Shown here piece by piece: positions 18,824 through 28,499 of a DNA stretch of 64,000 bases. How positions within the stretch are numbered: position 1 is the first letter of the stretch; every line of letters starts with the position of its first letter. Both the position numbers and the translations under genes were made by a program. Below the pieces are notes generated by a model. It saw nothing but the letters and a program-made list of their open reading frames with translations. It did not search any database and had not been told where the DNA came from. Location: the IMG/VR virus record IMGVR_UViG_3300035232_000453. The stretch is one strand, 5' to 3'. Source of the DNA: a virus.

Positions 18824-18919
18824 TTGTTTTCTCCTATATACTAATACTGTAGTATTTCTGTTATATTGTATTTATCAAATCTTTTGTAAAAATGACAATT
18901 TTTAAAATTTGTCACATTA

Positions 18920-18948
18920 AAGGCTACTATATTTCTATAGTAGCCCTT
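18920..18948 (-). terminator. Hairpin after the tail sheath gene
   Basis: GGCTACTAT-ATTTCT-ATAGTAGCC inverted repeat. Confidence 0.55.
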
Positions 18949-18974
18949 ATTTTTAATTAAATTAAACTTTTAAC

Positions 18975-21365
18975 TTAAAGTTCGCCAGTATTTACGATTC
19001 TAATTGGAATATAAATAAATTCTGCTGATTTTGTAGGCTCAATTGCTACATCAACATAAAATTCATTTGCATCAATTCTTGCAGGTGTATTGTTTGTTTC
19101 ATCACAAACTACTGCAAAGTCATAAACACCACGTTGTGCCATAATGTTTGCTAAGAATCCTTCAAATGTTGCTTTAGCATTTTCACGTGTTCCTACATCA
19201 TTTGGCTCAAACAAGTAAGGTCTTGCTATTACGGCAAAACGTTCTCTTAGATAGGCTGTAAGTCTTGCAACGTTAACTCTATCCAATGCTGATGCACTTG
19301 GATGTAAAGATTTTTGTCCAAATACTACAACACCCTCTGTAGGGAATTTTGCAATTGGATTCATCTTCTGCTCATACATTGCATCTCTAGAACCTTGTGT
19401 TAGTGCTAATGGTGTAAACTCATTTTCACTATTTAAGTAACCAACGTTAGTTGCATTTTGTACTTGTCCACGTGTTAAGCCTGCTGGTGCAAACCATTGA
19501 AAGCTCACGCTATCACTATATGCGAATGTATATAATGCAATGTGTGAAGCTGGAGCAACAACACTATCACCTGTTGAAGGGTTAGTTGTTAATGCATGTG
19601 GATAATAAACCGCACTATAAGTATTTGATGTTACTAAGCCATCTTCGCCATTTTCTGTTGCAGTTGTGCCTTGTTTCCAAGTAATTGCTTCAGTTTGATT
19701 TAAACGGAATGGAGCGTCAACAATAATAAATGCTGTTTCATCTCTGTCACTGTTAAGTGTTACCATTTCATCATATAACTCTGGATAACCTGGAGAAGCC
19801 ATTAAACGGAATTGAACTGTATCTTCACGTAGTTCCGAACCGCCTGCTGATGCCTGCATAGCTGTTGTAACAACTTTACGCTGAGCTAATCTACCAAACG
19901 AACCTTTGCCGCTTGCTTGATTGCCTGCTTTGTTACGCCATTTCCAATCTGTAGACAATGATGAATCATATTCTCTAACAGTATTACCTGAACGACACAT
20001 ATTAATACCAGTCATTCCAACTGGGTGTACTAGTGGGTTTGGAGAACTTGCTAAAAGAGTTGCTTCAAAGGCACCAGCTGCTGTATCATTAGCAGTAATG
20101 TCGCCAAATACAATACCTGCACTTGTGCTTTGATCTGTAGCATCTTTTGCCACCCATGCACTACCGTTTGAACGATAAATTACTGGGTAACCAGTTGCAT
20201 CTGTATCGATCCAGTAGTCGCCTGCCGAACCTACTGCTGGTGCAGAAGTTCCATATGCTACGTTAGTTACACGTTCCCATTTTTGTGTTCCACTGTCATC
20301 TTTTACTTCGTAAACTGCTAATTCGTTTACATCTGAATCGTGCCATAGTGTACCATTTGCTGGATTACCAGTTGGTTGTGTTGTACTTACTGATACTGGG
20401 TATGTTCCAGTTGAACCGAATCCATTCCAGCTTGTTCCATCATAACGTTTAAGCTCAATACTTGAACTTGCGTCAGCAAAGTCCAACCAAAGATCACCGT
20501 CTTGTAATGTACGAGCAGTTGCTGATGAACCGTCTTGGAATATATCTGATGTAGTTCCATCTGGTGCATTATCGTCTGCATATGTAATTGCTTGTCCAAC
20601 AAAAGAACCACTTGCAGTTGTGTATAAACTTGGTGCAAGTTTTAATCCACCTTTTGCTGTTGTTTTAATCCAAACATCGCCACTTGTTGGTGAACTTGGT
20701 GCTGAATAATGTGGAGCAAATGTAGTGTCGCCATCTACTAATGCTACCCATGCCGAACCGGAGTCCTTAAAGTAACTAATAGTTGTGTTTGATGTACCGT
20801 TAGTAATCAATACTAAGTAGTTGCCTGCTGTGCCTGCTGCCGTTGTAGGTGCGCCACTGTTAACAATTTCTACTTTAGTTGGAGTTTGTTCAGTCCACGA
20901 TGTACCATCGCTTTCAAAAATTCCCCAACTTGCACCTGTTGGGTTTACCCAATAAGTGTTATTTGCTGCTGCACCTGTTGGTGCTGATGAACTTGGTCTA
21001 AGTTCTGTTAGGTTAACATCAGCACGTACTACATACGCCGCCGAAGCTTGTCCTAAAAATGAATATGCTGCCAAAAGCCCGTATTCGTTAGTTTCATCAC
21101 CCTGTTGAACTGTAGCACCTTTTTTATTGAAATTAATGTTTCCAAAATATTGTGTAAGTTCTCTTTGTGAAGTAACTAGAATAGGTTTTTTTGATTGTGC
21201 AGACTTTGTGTATTTTGCAATGCCATCTGATTCAGTTAGGGTAGGATCTGCCTTATCCTCACCAGTAGCAATGAATAACATAGGAACAGTTCCGGCTCCT
21301 GCTGGGCCGTATACTGATTCGTCTGTTACTGAAACCTGTACACCAGGTGAAGTAAGATTTGCCAT
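18975..21365 (-). CDS. gp18: Tail sheath protein (gp18-like)
   Basis: LTSPGVQVSVTDES N-terminus; WFAPAGLTRG, GQKSL, DRVNVARL, FEPND, EFIYIPI motifs. Confidence 0.95.
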   Translation of the reverse strand: MANLTSPGVQVSVTDESVYGPAGAGTVPMLFIATGEDKADPTLTESDGIAKYTKSAQSKKPILVTSQRELTQYFGNINFNKKGATVQQGDETNEYGLLAAYSFLGQASAAYVVRADVNLTELRPSSSAPTGAAANNTYWVNPTGASWGIFESDGTSWTEQTPTKVEIVNSGAPTTAAGTAGNYLVLITNGTSNTTISYFKDSGSAWVALVDGDTTFAPHYSAPSSPTSGDVWIKTTAKGGLKLAPSLYTTASGSFVGQAITYADDNAPDGTTSDIFQDGSSATARTLQDGDLWLDFADASSSIELKRYDGTSWNGFGSTGTYPVSVSTTQPTGNPANGTLWHDSDVNELAVYEVKDDSGTQKWERVTNVAYGTSAPAVGSAGDYWIDTDATGYPVIYRSNGSAWVAKDATDQSTSAGIVFGDITANDTAAGAFEATLLASSPNPLVHPVGMTGINMCRSGNTVREYDSSLSTDWKWRNKAGNQASGKGSFGRLAQRKVVTTAMQASAGGSELREDTVQFRLMASPGYPELYDEMVTLNSDRDETAFIIVDAPFRLNQTEAITWKQGTTATENGEDGLVTSNTYSAVYYPHALTTNPSTGDSVVAPASHIALYTFAYSDSVSFQWFAPAGLTRGQVQNATNVGYLNSENEFTPLALTQGSRDAMYEQKMNPIAKFPTEGVVVFGQKSLHPSASALDRVNVARLTAYLRERFAVIARPYLFEPNDVGTRENAKATFEGFLANIMAQRGVYDFAVVCDETNNTPARIDANEFYVDVAIEPTKSAEFIYIPIRIVNTGEL

Positions 21366-21453
21366 GTTATAGCTCCTTTTCTATTATAGACTAATGCCTA
21401 AATTTACTATACATGTATTTATTTGATTTTGCTTAAAACCAGGGTTTATAGAA

Positions 21454-22212
21454 TCAATTAGAGGCTATATTTATCAAAAGATCTTCAAAACTTTCGCAAA
21501 TGTGTCTTTCAAAACCATCGCCCCATAGCCCATGTATAATCATATGAATTCTATTTTCAGTACCTTTGTTGTGTACTGCATGTTTTCTTCCAATATCAAT
21601 TCCACGTGCTTCGCCTGGTTGCCAAGGAATAAGGCCAGCATCTTCTTGTGCAAATTCAACACCCGGAGGATTGCTTAATGATACATTAAACGCCGCCATA
21701 CTTCTTTTATCATAATCAATGTGAGGTTGTATATACCCACCAGGTTCTAATAGCATATATCTAACTCGATTATATTTCTTAAATGGAAATACATTCTTTA
21801 ACCAATCTACAGTAGCAGGACACATCCATGCTATTTCTGTCCAGTCGTATGGAGGACTATTTTCTTTTGTATATGTTCCATTGTCAATATAATAATCATC
21901 TGGTTGTGTTTTATTTGCACCTTGTCCGTGTACTGCAAGGCTACTCCATCCTGGATTATAACTACCTCTATGTTTTACAAACATTGGAATTAATCGTTCT
22001 GCTTCTGCAGCCATCTCTTTATGTGGTACTGGAATATTTAATTTAAGTGATGGTATATTTGACTCGTGCATGATCCATTTAGCATAGTCACACATTATTC
22101 CGTGATCATTTTTCCAATCTTTAAATCTATTATCATAATTGTGCATGTGCTGATAATGTGTACTTTTTTTACATTCTGTAATAAAGTGTCCTAGTGTTTC
22201 TACTGATTCCAT
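21454..22212 (-). CDS. Aspartyl/asparaginyl beta-hydroxylase-like 2OG-Fe(II) oxygenase
   Basis: LEPGGYIQPHID (HxD), HAVHN, RIHMII motifs. Confidence 0.8.
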   Translation of the reverse strand: MESVETLGHFITECKKSTHYQHMHNYDNRFKDWKNDHGIMCDYAKWIMHESNIPSLKLNIPVPHKEMAAEAERLIPMFVKHRGSYNPGWSSLAVHGQGANKTQPDDYYIDNGTYTKENSPPYDWTEIAWMCPATVDWLKNVFPFKKYNRVRYMLLEPGGYIQPHIDYDKRSMAAFNVSLSNPPGVEFAQEDAGLIPWQPGEARGIDIGRKHAVHNKGTENRIHMIIHGLWGDGFERHICESFEDLLINIASN

Positions 22213-23729
22213 TTGAATATCCTTGTTAAATCGTTCTCTGGCAATGATGCCCAAGAAGTTGTATTATATTGTCTTGCCCAATCTACAGATGCAAATCTTT
22301 TACATAATTCCTCATTAGTAGGATCAATCATTAATCCTCTAGATGATGATAACATCACTTCGCACTTCTCTGCTGAGCTTTTCTTTTGTAATTTTTCTAC
22401 AAGTTCATTGTGCAGGTTCCATCTTTCTTCGGCTGAATAAAAAAATGAAGTTGGCAAATAATGAAATATATTAGTAAGGTGAACAAAGTTTACATCTTTG
22501 AAACAACACATGTCAACAAACTTATCGTAGCAGTGTACATCAAATAAATTACATTGATTTATTTTAACATCAATATATGGAAGTTCGTTTTTTATCCAAT
22601 CACTAAATCCTTCTTCATTTAATTCATCAACTCTTTTTTGCATATAACCTAATTTATTAATTCCTTTAAATTTATCAGTTAGTTCTGTATATTTTTCTAT
22701 GCGATCATCTTTTTTATCATCATCTTTAATAATTGTAGGAGACACTGATTCCATTAAGTTATTAGCAAACGACGAATAATCTTTACCATCAAAATTATTT
22801 ATAATGTATTCCGTCATGTTCAATGCAAATTTATTAATATCATACACTGATAGTCTGTCGCCCTGTTTTAATCCAAGTTTAAATCCATACACTAGCGGAG
22901 TTAATCCAGCTGCTGGTACAACAACATTATTATATGTTCCATCCCATTCTGGTTTTTTGATCTTTAATATGGGATGTTGTGTTGTAGGGCTAACTGTATA
23001 TTCGGTATTAGCAATAAAAAAACTATCCTCGGGTTGACAACTTTGTATTATGTCATTTATGTGTCTTGGACCATCATGCTTAACTTCTGGATATCCATAA
23101 TATTTATTACGGCGTATTTTAGTAGGCCATGATAATATTTTTTGTTTGTCTTTTACTAATGCTTCAACCATTGACCAGCCACCTTCGGTGCCAATGTATT
23201 CATGGAATACTGGATGCTTAGGACCGCTTACCCATGTTGGTGTATAGTTATCGTGGTGGTTTGATTTGCTTCGGTCTGGTTTAATTGTAGAAAATTTATT
23301 TGAAGTCCAGTCTCCCCATTTAGGAGATTCTGCACTAGCCCACCAATCTAAATCAATAAGAAAACATTGAGAATGAATACTATAATATTTGTCACCCTTA
23401 TCAAGTATATGCCCAACAAATTTAGCAGTTGGATTATCATCGTAAAATTCAGAAAAATGTTCATAAAAGTCAGGGCCCAACGAACTGCCCTGTTTAAACA
23501 CTAGCATTTTAGAAAATCCTGCCTCGTGAGCTTTTTTAATCAGTTCGTTTTCAGTATCTGCTGCAAACTGTTTTCGCATACCATAGATTGATGTTTCAAT
23601 GGACCAATAATCTAATAAGTTTTTTGAATAACCTTTGGCAAAGTCACTTCCAATTCTATTATTATATAGCCAACCTATTGTTAACTCTTTTGATTTATTT
23701 TTGTGTCTCCACCAGTTTTCGTTAAACAT
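22200..23729 (-). CDS. Hypothetical protein, possibly a modification enzyme
   Basis: 509 aa ORF; TATAAATA late promoter at 23759-23766; coupled to the hydroxylase. Confidence 0.7.
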   Translation of the reverse strand: MFNENWWRHKNKSKELTIGWLYNNRIGSDFAKGYSKNLLDYWSIETSIYGMRKQFAADTENELIKKAHEAGFSKMLVFKQGSSLGPDFYEHFSEFYDDNPTAKFVGHILDKGDKYYSIHSQCFLIDLDWWASAESPKWGDWTSNKFSTIKPDRSKSNHHDNYTPTWVSGPKHPVFHEYIGTEGGWSMVEALVKDKQKILSWPTKIRRNKYYGYPEVKHDGPRHINDIIQSCQPEDSFFIANTEYTVSPTTQHPILKIKKPEWDGTYNNVVVPAAGLTPLVYGFKLGLKQGDRLSVYDINKFALNMTEYIINNFDGKDYSSFANNLMESVSPTIIKDDDKKDDRIEKYTELTDKFKGINKLGYMQKRVDELNEEGFSDWIKNELPYIDVKINQCNLFDVHCYDKFVDMCCFKDVNFVHLTNIFHYLPTSFFYSAEERWNLHNELVEKLQKKSSAEKCEVMLSSSRGLMIDPTNEELCKRFASVDWARQYNTTSWASLPENDLTRIFKWNQ

Positions 23730-23786
23730 TATCTATAACTCCAAATATATTATATTGTTATTTATATAACATTATTGTGAGTTAAA

Positions 23787-24425
23787 TTATGCTAATTTAT
23801 CTAAGGTGTGTTTTTGAAGTTCTTCCAATGAAGATCTATTGATTAGTTCGGTGTCAAAATTCCACCCTGCCCAGCTCCATTCACTTTTGTGTACTTCTGG
23901 CCAGTGTCTTGACATTCCATCAACTATGTTATGTCTTTTACCAGACGAGTTTGCTTCATTTAGAACTGAAGCATTATGCCACCATTCTGGTTTATCGTGT
24001 CTCCATACAACTGCGGTAGTTCCACCTAAGTTTTTAATTGCACTTAGTTCGTTAAAAAATCGACAGTCACTAATAACAACATTTTTATCTGTGTTTATAA
24101 TTTGTCTTTCGCATGCTGCAACCCATATATCTGGATGAAAGTGTGTACGCAATGCATCTGTTCCTACTTGCTGTAATGCAAGACGGGGTGTAAAGTTTGG
24201 TATGTCTAACCTATCAGCCCACCATTCATCTGTTGTTTCTCGCCATTCTCTGCTTTCGTCTGTAGTGCCTTCGAGTAGCTCTCTGTCCCAACCAAATATA
24301 TTAGAACATGCATCTTTTAACACGCCAGCAAAACTGACTCGCTCAAACCCTTCATCAATTAAGAATCCTGCAGCTGTATCTTTACCGTGACCTATAAGTC
24401 CGCATATGCCTATTATTTTCTTCAT
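23787..24425 (-). CDS. Deoxynucleoside monophosphate kinase (T4 gp1-like)
   Basis: IIGICGLIGHGKDT, SFAGVLKD, TPRLALQQVGTD, ISDCRFFNE, HKSE motifs. Confidence 0.9.
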   Translation of the reverse strand: MKKIIGICGLIGHGKDTAAGFLIDEGFERVSFAGVLKDACSNIFGWDRELLEGTTDESREWRETTDEWWADRLDIPNFTPRLALQQVGTDALRTHFHPDIWVAACERQIINTDKNVVISDCRFFNELSAIKNLGGTTAVVWRHDKPEWWHNASVLNEANSSGKRHNIVDGMSRHWPEVHKSEWSWAGWNFDTELINRSSLEELQKHTLDKLA

Positions 24426-24432
24426 ATGTGTT

Positions 24433-24461
24433 ATTATACTAAACTATTCTTTAATTGTCAA
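24433..24461 (-). promoter_or_regulatory. Consensus sigma70 promoter, leaderless dNMP kinase mRNA
   Basis: TTGACA-17-TATAAT, with ATG 7 nt after the -10 box and no Shine-Dalgarno. Confidence 0.8.
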
Positions 24462-24647
24462 GTTATCTTTTTTTAATTTACTACACCGTTTACATCTACA
24501 ATGATCACAAATTTTAATTTGTCTGTATTCGCCACCATCGCATGCGTAGTCTTTTACTTCTGCATATCTGGATGTTCCGCAATGAGATCCCCACCCGCAA
24601 TTTTGACAATAAGCGCCGTTTGTATCATGAATTGTATTTAAGTGCAT
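24444..24647 (-). CDS. Small Cys-rich (zinc-binding) protein
   Basis: CQNCG..SHCG and CDHCRCKRC motifs; abuts the gp13 stop codon. Confidence 0.65.
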   Translation of the reverse strand: MHLNTIHDTNGAYCQNCGWGSHCGTSRYAEVKDYACDGGEYRQIKICDHCRCKRCSKLKKDNLTIKE

Positions 24648-25385
24648 TTAGCCGATTACAAATCCGAGACCAGTACTTCCATCACTGTATAATGTTAGTT
24701 CCATCTCTAATTTGTCAATCTCACCTTGAGCGTCTGTTCTCAATTGGTCTGCGTTCATTGTAGTACCACCCTGTGGTCCTGCAATCTGTGTAAACTTACC
24801 ACGAGCTTCTGCTAGAATTAGTTTAGCATGAGCAAATGCGTAATCCTTTATCCAAGGACCTGCATATGTATCTTCAAGTAAACTTTCAGTTGGTCTGTAG
24901 TTATAGCAATGCAGTACTGCATTGTCATCTGCTTTAATTTTTCTTTGTAGGATTAATTTTTTATCTTGTGGGCGCCAAGTAAACATTAGTTCTGCACCAA
25001 ATAGTTTACCCATTGTTTCTCTGTTTTGTTGTAAAAAATCAAAACTCGATAGTCCACCATTTCTGCTACTACCTAATAAGTACGTGTTAAGGTAAGCTGC
25101 TTGAAACGGTTCTATATCATTTCCTGTTCCACTACTTACACCTGTTGTTCGTCTGTAAATATCTCTAACTTCCATTACTTCAGATGGAAGTGTATATTCA
25201 CTTTGGTCTTTTACCATTTCTAGTATAATAAAACTTTCTTCTACGGCGTTTTCTGCACGTTGTCTATATTTTGCAAGTGCCTTATCGGCGGCAAGTTCAT
25301 AGTGTTCTGGGTCGAGTTCAACATCAACCATTCCACCGCCTAAGCGTAGTTCTATTTCTTTTTGAAGTTTATTTATTGCTGCCAT
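24648..25385 (-). CDS. gp13: Neck protein gp13-like
   Basis: LRLGGGMVDVELD, WIKDYA, RGKF...GPQGG..MNAD motifs; late promoter at 25405-25412. Confidence 0.8.
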   Translation of the reverse strand: MAAINKLQKEIELRLGGGMVDVELDPEHYELAADKALAKYRQRAENAVEESFIILEMVKDQSEYTLPSEVMEVRDIYRRTTGVSSGTGNDIEPFQAAYLNTYLLGSSRNGGLSSFDFLQQNRETMGKLFGAELMFTWRPQDKKLILQRKIKADDNAVLHCYNYRPTESLLEDTYAGPWIKDYAFAHAKLILAEARGKFTQIAGPQGGTTMNADQLRTDAQGEIDKLEMELTLYSDGSTGLGFVIG

Positions 25386-25418
25386 TTAAGTTTCTCCTAC
25401 TATGTATTTATCATAGTA

Positions 25419-26714
25419 TCACTTATTGAAGGCGGCTAATAAGATAGTTTCTCCGTTGATTCGTCCATTTAGTTTAGTTTCAGTTGTTTTTAGTGTTTCA
25501 AACAACTTTTCTGTTTTTGCTCTTGTGGCTTTTTTAATTTCTGGTAGAAACTCTTGTGGCTTACGAATTGTTCGTTGTAAACTCTTTTCTTCGTCATAGC
25601 CAGTTATAGTAGTTCCTTTAACACTTAGTCCACTACCTTCTCGTTTTAGTCCCATTGGGTCTACGTTCTTAGCATAGTACACTCCAACCTTGCGGTTCTT
25701 AGTGTTAAAAACCACCAGTATGCGGGCGTAAATAATATCTGCTGGTGTTATACTACCTAAACCGTATTCGGCGTCTGTTTGCTTAAATTTGAGCTTCTTA
25801 ACAAGGTCTTCTGGACTCTTTGTACGTGTCTTTCGTGGCTTACGACTTGCTTTGCTTTCTGCTTCAACAATATCACATGCATCTACAATTTTACGATATA
25901 TTTCCAAAGCACCTTTTTGTTGTGCAGTAGACATATGTTCGTAGCCTTCTTCTAACTGCAAACGCATATCGTCTTTGTCTTCTTTTTTAACTTTTTTAGC
26001 AAGCTCTGTAAACTCTGCAACATTATCTTTGTATATGTTACGAATAATTCGTACATGTGCCTGCTTTGCAGTTACTCTACGTAGCATCATATCTGGTTTA
26101 AAATCTTTTGCAAGTTTTGGATCATATCCACTAACTACCCACTGCTCTAAGAATTCTTCTATCTCATCAGTCATTTGCAATGCGGCTGCATGAAGCAGTT
26201 GTTGTATAGTAGGCTTTGGCCTATTATTTCGTTTTGCTTCTGCTTCTGCTAAACGCTCTGCTTCTTCTACATGTTCTTTGCCATCTTCAATTGCTCGTTT
26301 AATTGTTTTATTAATAAACTCACTAATTGGTGTAGGAGTACCTCCTGTACCAGGAAGACTTTCCCAATATGCATTCCAGGCCAAGTGTTCATCTGGACAA
26401 CCCATTGTAAGCATACGACAGTAATATCCTGTTGTTGCATTTATGGATCCAGCTTTTGCTGCCTTAACACATTTTATATCTTTTTTATCATAACCATTTG
26501 CAAGCATCCAATCCCATGCAAAATCTATAAGAACAGCAGTTTTATAATTTTTGTAATAATAATCAGTTGCGGCTTGACGCTTCATGTGGTATTCTTTACC
26601 AGACCATCCGTCTGCGCCTTCCCAATTAGGATCTTTTAACTGATTTGCACGAATTCTCTCAGAGGGTCGCCGAGGTTGCTTCTTTTTTATTTTTATTCCA
26701 GCCAATCTAGCCAT
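25419..26714 (-). CDS. Basic hypothetical protein
   Basis: ~431 aa ORF; GGAG upstream of MARLAGIK. Confidence 0.75.
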   Translation of the reverse strand: MARLAGIKIKKKQPRRPSERIRANQLKDPNWEGADGWSGKEYHMKRQAATDYYYKNYKTAVLIDFAWDWMLANGYDKKDIKCVKAAKAGSINATTGYYCRMLTMGCPDEHLAWNAYWESLPGTGGTPTPISEFINKTIKRAIEDGKEHVEEAERLAEAEAKRNNRPKPTIQQLLHAAALQMTDEIEEFLEQWVVSGYDPKLAKDFKPDMMLRRVTAKQAHVRIIRNIYKDNVAEFTELAKKVKKEDKDDMRLQLEEGYEHMSTAQQKGALEIYRKIVDACDIVEAESKASRKPRKTRTKSPEDLVKKLKFKQTDAEYGLGSITPADIIYARILVVFNTKNRKVGVYYAKNVDPMGLKREGSGLSVKGTTITGYDEEKSLQRTIRKPQEFLPEIKKATRAKTEKLFETLKTTETKLNGRINGETILLAAFNK

Positions 26715-26877
26715 TGTTATTGTCTCCGTTATATTCATCAAATAACCTGCGTTCCATGTCGTCGGCTATTTTTCGGTACTTATCAATAACAGAAGAAATC
26801 TGTCGTTTAGAGGTTAAATCTTGTGTTTTAGAGTATAGATCGTTTAATTCGTCTATAAAAGATAATATTTCGAGCAT
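26707..26877 (-). CDS. Small hypothetical protein (56 aa; not in the ORF track)
   Basis: MLEILSFIDELNDLYSK...RRLFDEYNGDNNNG with a GGGAG Shine-Dalgarno; fills the intergenic gap. Confidence 0.6.
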   Translation of the reverse strand: MLEILSFIDELNDLYSKTQDLTSKRQISSVIDKYRKIADDMERRLFDEYNGDNNNG

Positions 26878-26914
26878 TTGCGTTACTCCCTTTGATTAGT
26901 GATTTAAAACAAGT

Positions 26915-27289
26915 TTACGCTAAAACTTTAATTTCGTCAACCTTTTTAAATCCAAAGTCAGCAACAACATGTTTTACACCGTCTGTTCCTTCAACAATAT
27001 CACCAACACTAAGACTGTGCATAGGTGCTAATCGTTCAATTAATTCTTCTGGACCCATGTTTCCTACATGAAACACACCTTCGAGATTTAATGCAGTAAT
27101 ATTACTAACATGTGTGTAATATCCTCTGTTGAATGCATCAGCGGCAAGTCTACCTGTATCTTCTCTACCAAGATTCATGTCTAATCTTAGAGAATTTTTA
27201 TGAACTGCACTGTGACCTTCTTCGTTAATAAGATCAATTTCAGCGTCTGTTAGTCTAATTTGAAATACTTTAAATGCTTGCATGTTCAT
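26915..27289 (-). CDS. YodL-like domain protein
   Basis: LEGVFHVGN...MHSLSVGDIV...VADFGF matches the YodL-like pattern. Confidence 0.6.
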   Translation of the reverse strand: MNMQAFKVFQIRLTDAEIDLINEEGHSAVHKNSLRLDMNLGREDTGRLAADAFNRGYYTHVSNITALNLEGVFHVGNMGPEELIERLAPMHSLSVGDIVEGTDGVKHVVADFGFKKVDEIKVLA

Positions 27290-27322
27290 AGTTGGTTTCC
27301 TTTTTTTATTTAATATACTTAT

Positions 27323-27351
27323 ATTATAGAGCAAGATGTCTTACTTGTCAA
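27323..27351 (-). promoter_or_regulatory. sigma70-type early promoter with operator (27331-27344)
   Basis: TTGACA-AGTAAGACATCTTGCTC-TATAAT. Confidence 0.85.
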
Positions 27352-27365
27352 CCTTTTTAGTCAAG

Positions 27366-27391
27366 AAAAAACCCTTGCAGAACAAGGGTTT
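27366..27391 (-). terminator. Intrinsic terminator after the sbmA-like gene
   Basis: AAACCCUUG-UUCUG-CAAGGGUUUUUU. Confidence 0.8.
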
Positions 27392-27415
27392 AAAAGTTTT
27401 TTATTTTATTTTATT

Positions 27416-28387
27416 TTATTTTTCGTTGATTTGACGCTCAAATTCTCTCAAACGCTTAAACACACTCATTAATTCAATAAGTGTTGGCCACGCTCTAAAG
27501 AGATATTGCATCGAACCTTCAACTCTACCAAATGCACGAATAATCTGTTGCATTACACCTAGTGTTACAACGCCTGCTACAATAGCCGGTGCTAAGAACA
27601 CATAAGCTGATAATACGTTTGCTTGTAAGTATGTAATACGTCCTACATTAAAATACAAATAACGCAAATAAGACTTAAAGTGAATACCACGAACATCTTG
27701 GAAAAGTTCGTTAATAGTTTTTGGTCTTACAGTCTCATCATCTTCTGCAATAACAAGTATCTTACGATATGCTGCTTCTTTCTTCTGTAAATCATATTCA
27801 ACACCCACAAGTCGTAGTAACCAACCTAGTGCGATTAAGAATAATGTTCCACCTACTGACCAAACAATAGCACCTGTAACAAGTCCATATTGCCAATCAC
27901 CAAAGAAGAAGATAGGAATACCAACTGATAGTCCTAATAGAATAGGAACGAACTGAACTAGAACCATAATTGATTCAATAAAACTTGTACCTAGACCTTC
28001 CATAATTCTACTAAATTTAATAGTATCTTCTTGTACTCGTTGTGCGGCACCTTCAATAGTTCTAGCTTTGTCATAAACTGAATGATACCATTCTACCATT
28101 GCAGTACGCCATCTAAACAAATAGTGTGCTGTAAAGTAACTTACTACTACTGCGATACCTACATAGATAGCCGCTAAGTATAAGAAACTTGCTAAACTAC
28201 CCCAATACTCACCTATGGTGATTGCATTGGGTGTTGCTAGGGCTTTCTGAATCATATCATAAAACTGACCGAACCATTCGTTAATTTTAACATCAATTTC
28301 GACTTGAACCCAAAGTGATGATAAAATTATTGCTGATCCTAACCAGGACCACAATGCCCATTTCTTTTCTGTGAAAAATCTAAACAT
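27416..28387 (-). CDS. sbmA: SbmA/BacA-like peptide transporter
   Basis: INEWFGQFYDMIQ, FRWRTAM, IEGAAQRVQEDT, QKKEAAYRKILV motifs; multiple TM helices. Confidence 0.85.
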   Translation of the reverse strand: MFRFFTEKKWALWSWLGSAIILSSLWVQVEIDVKINEWFGQFYDMIQKALATPNAITIGEYWGSLASFLYLAAIYVGIAVVVSYFTAHYLFRWRTAMVEWYHSVYDKARTIEGAAQRVQEDTIKFSRIMEGLGTSFIESIMVLVQFVPILLGLSVGIPIFFFGDWQYGLVTGAIVWSVGGTLFLIALGWLLRLVGVEYDLQKKEAAYRKILVIAEDDETVRPKTINELFQDVRGIHFKSYLRYLYFNVGRITYLQANVLSAYVFLAPAIVAGVVTLGVMQQIIRAFGRVEGSMQYLFRAWPTLIELMSVFKRLREFERQINEK

Positions 28388-28433
28388 AGTCTTTTCCTTT
28401 TATAAAATGCAGATTATTAACTGCATACAGAAC

Positions 28434-28478
28434 TATTTATCCTAAATTTGTCTTGTATAATTCAAAATCGGATAAATA
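28434..28478. promoter_or_regulatory. Back-to-back late promoters (GATAAATA on both strands)
   Basis: 28434-28441 on the minus strand (sbmA) and 28471-28478 on the plus strand (gp14). Confidence 0.7.
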
Positions 28479-28499
28479 CATTATAACAAGGAAAACCAC

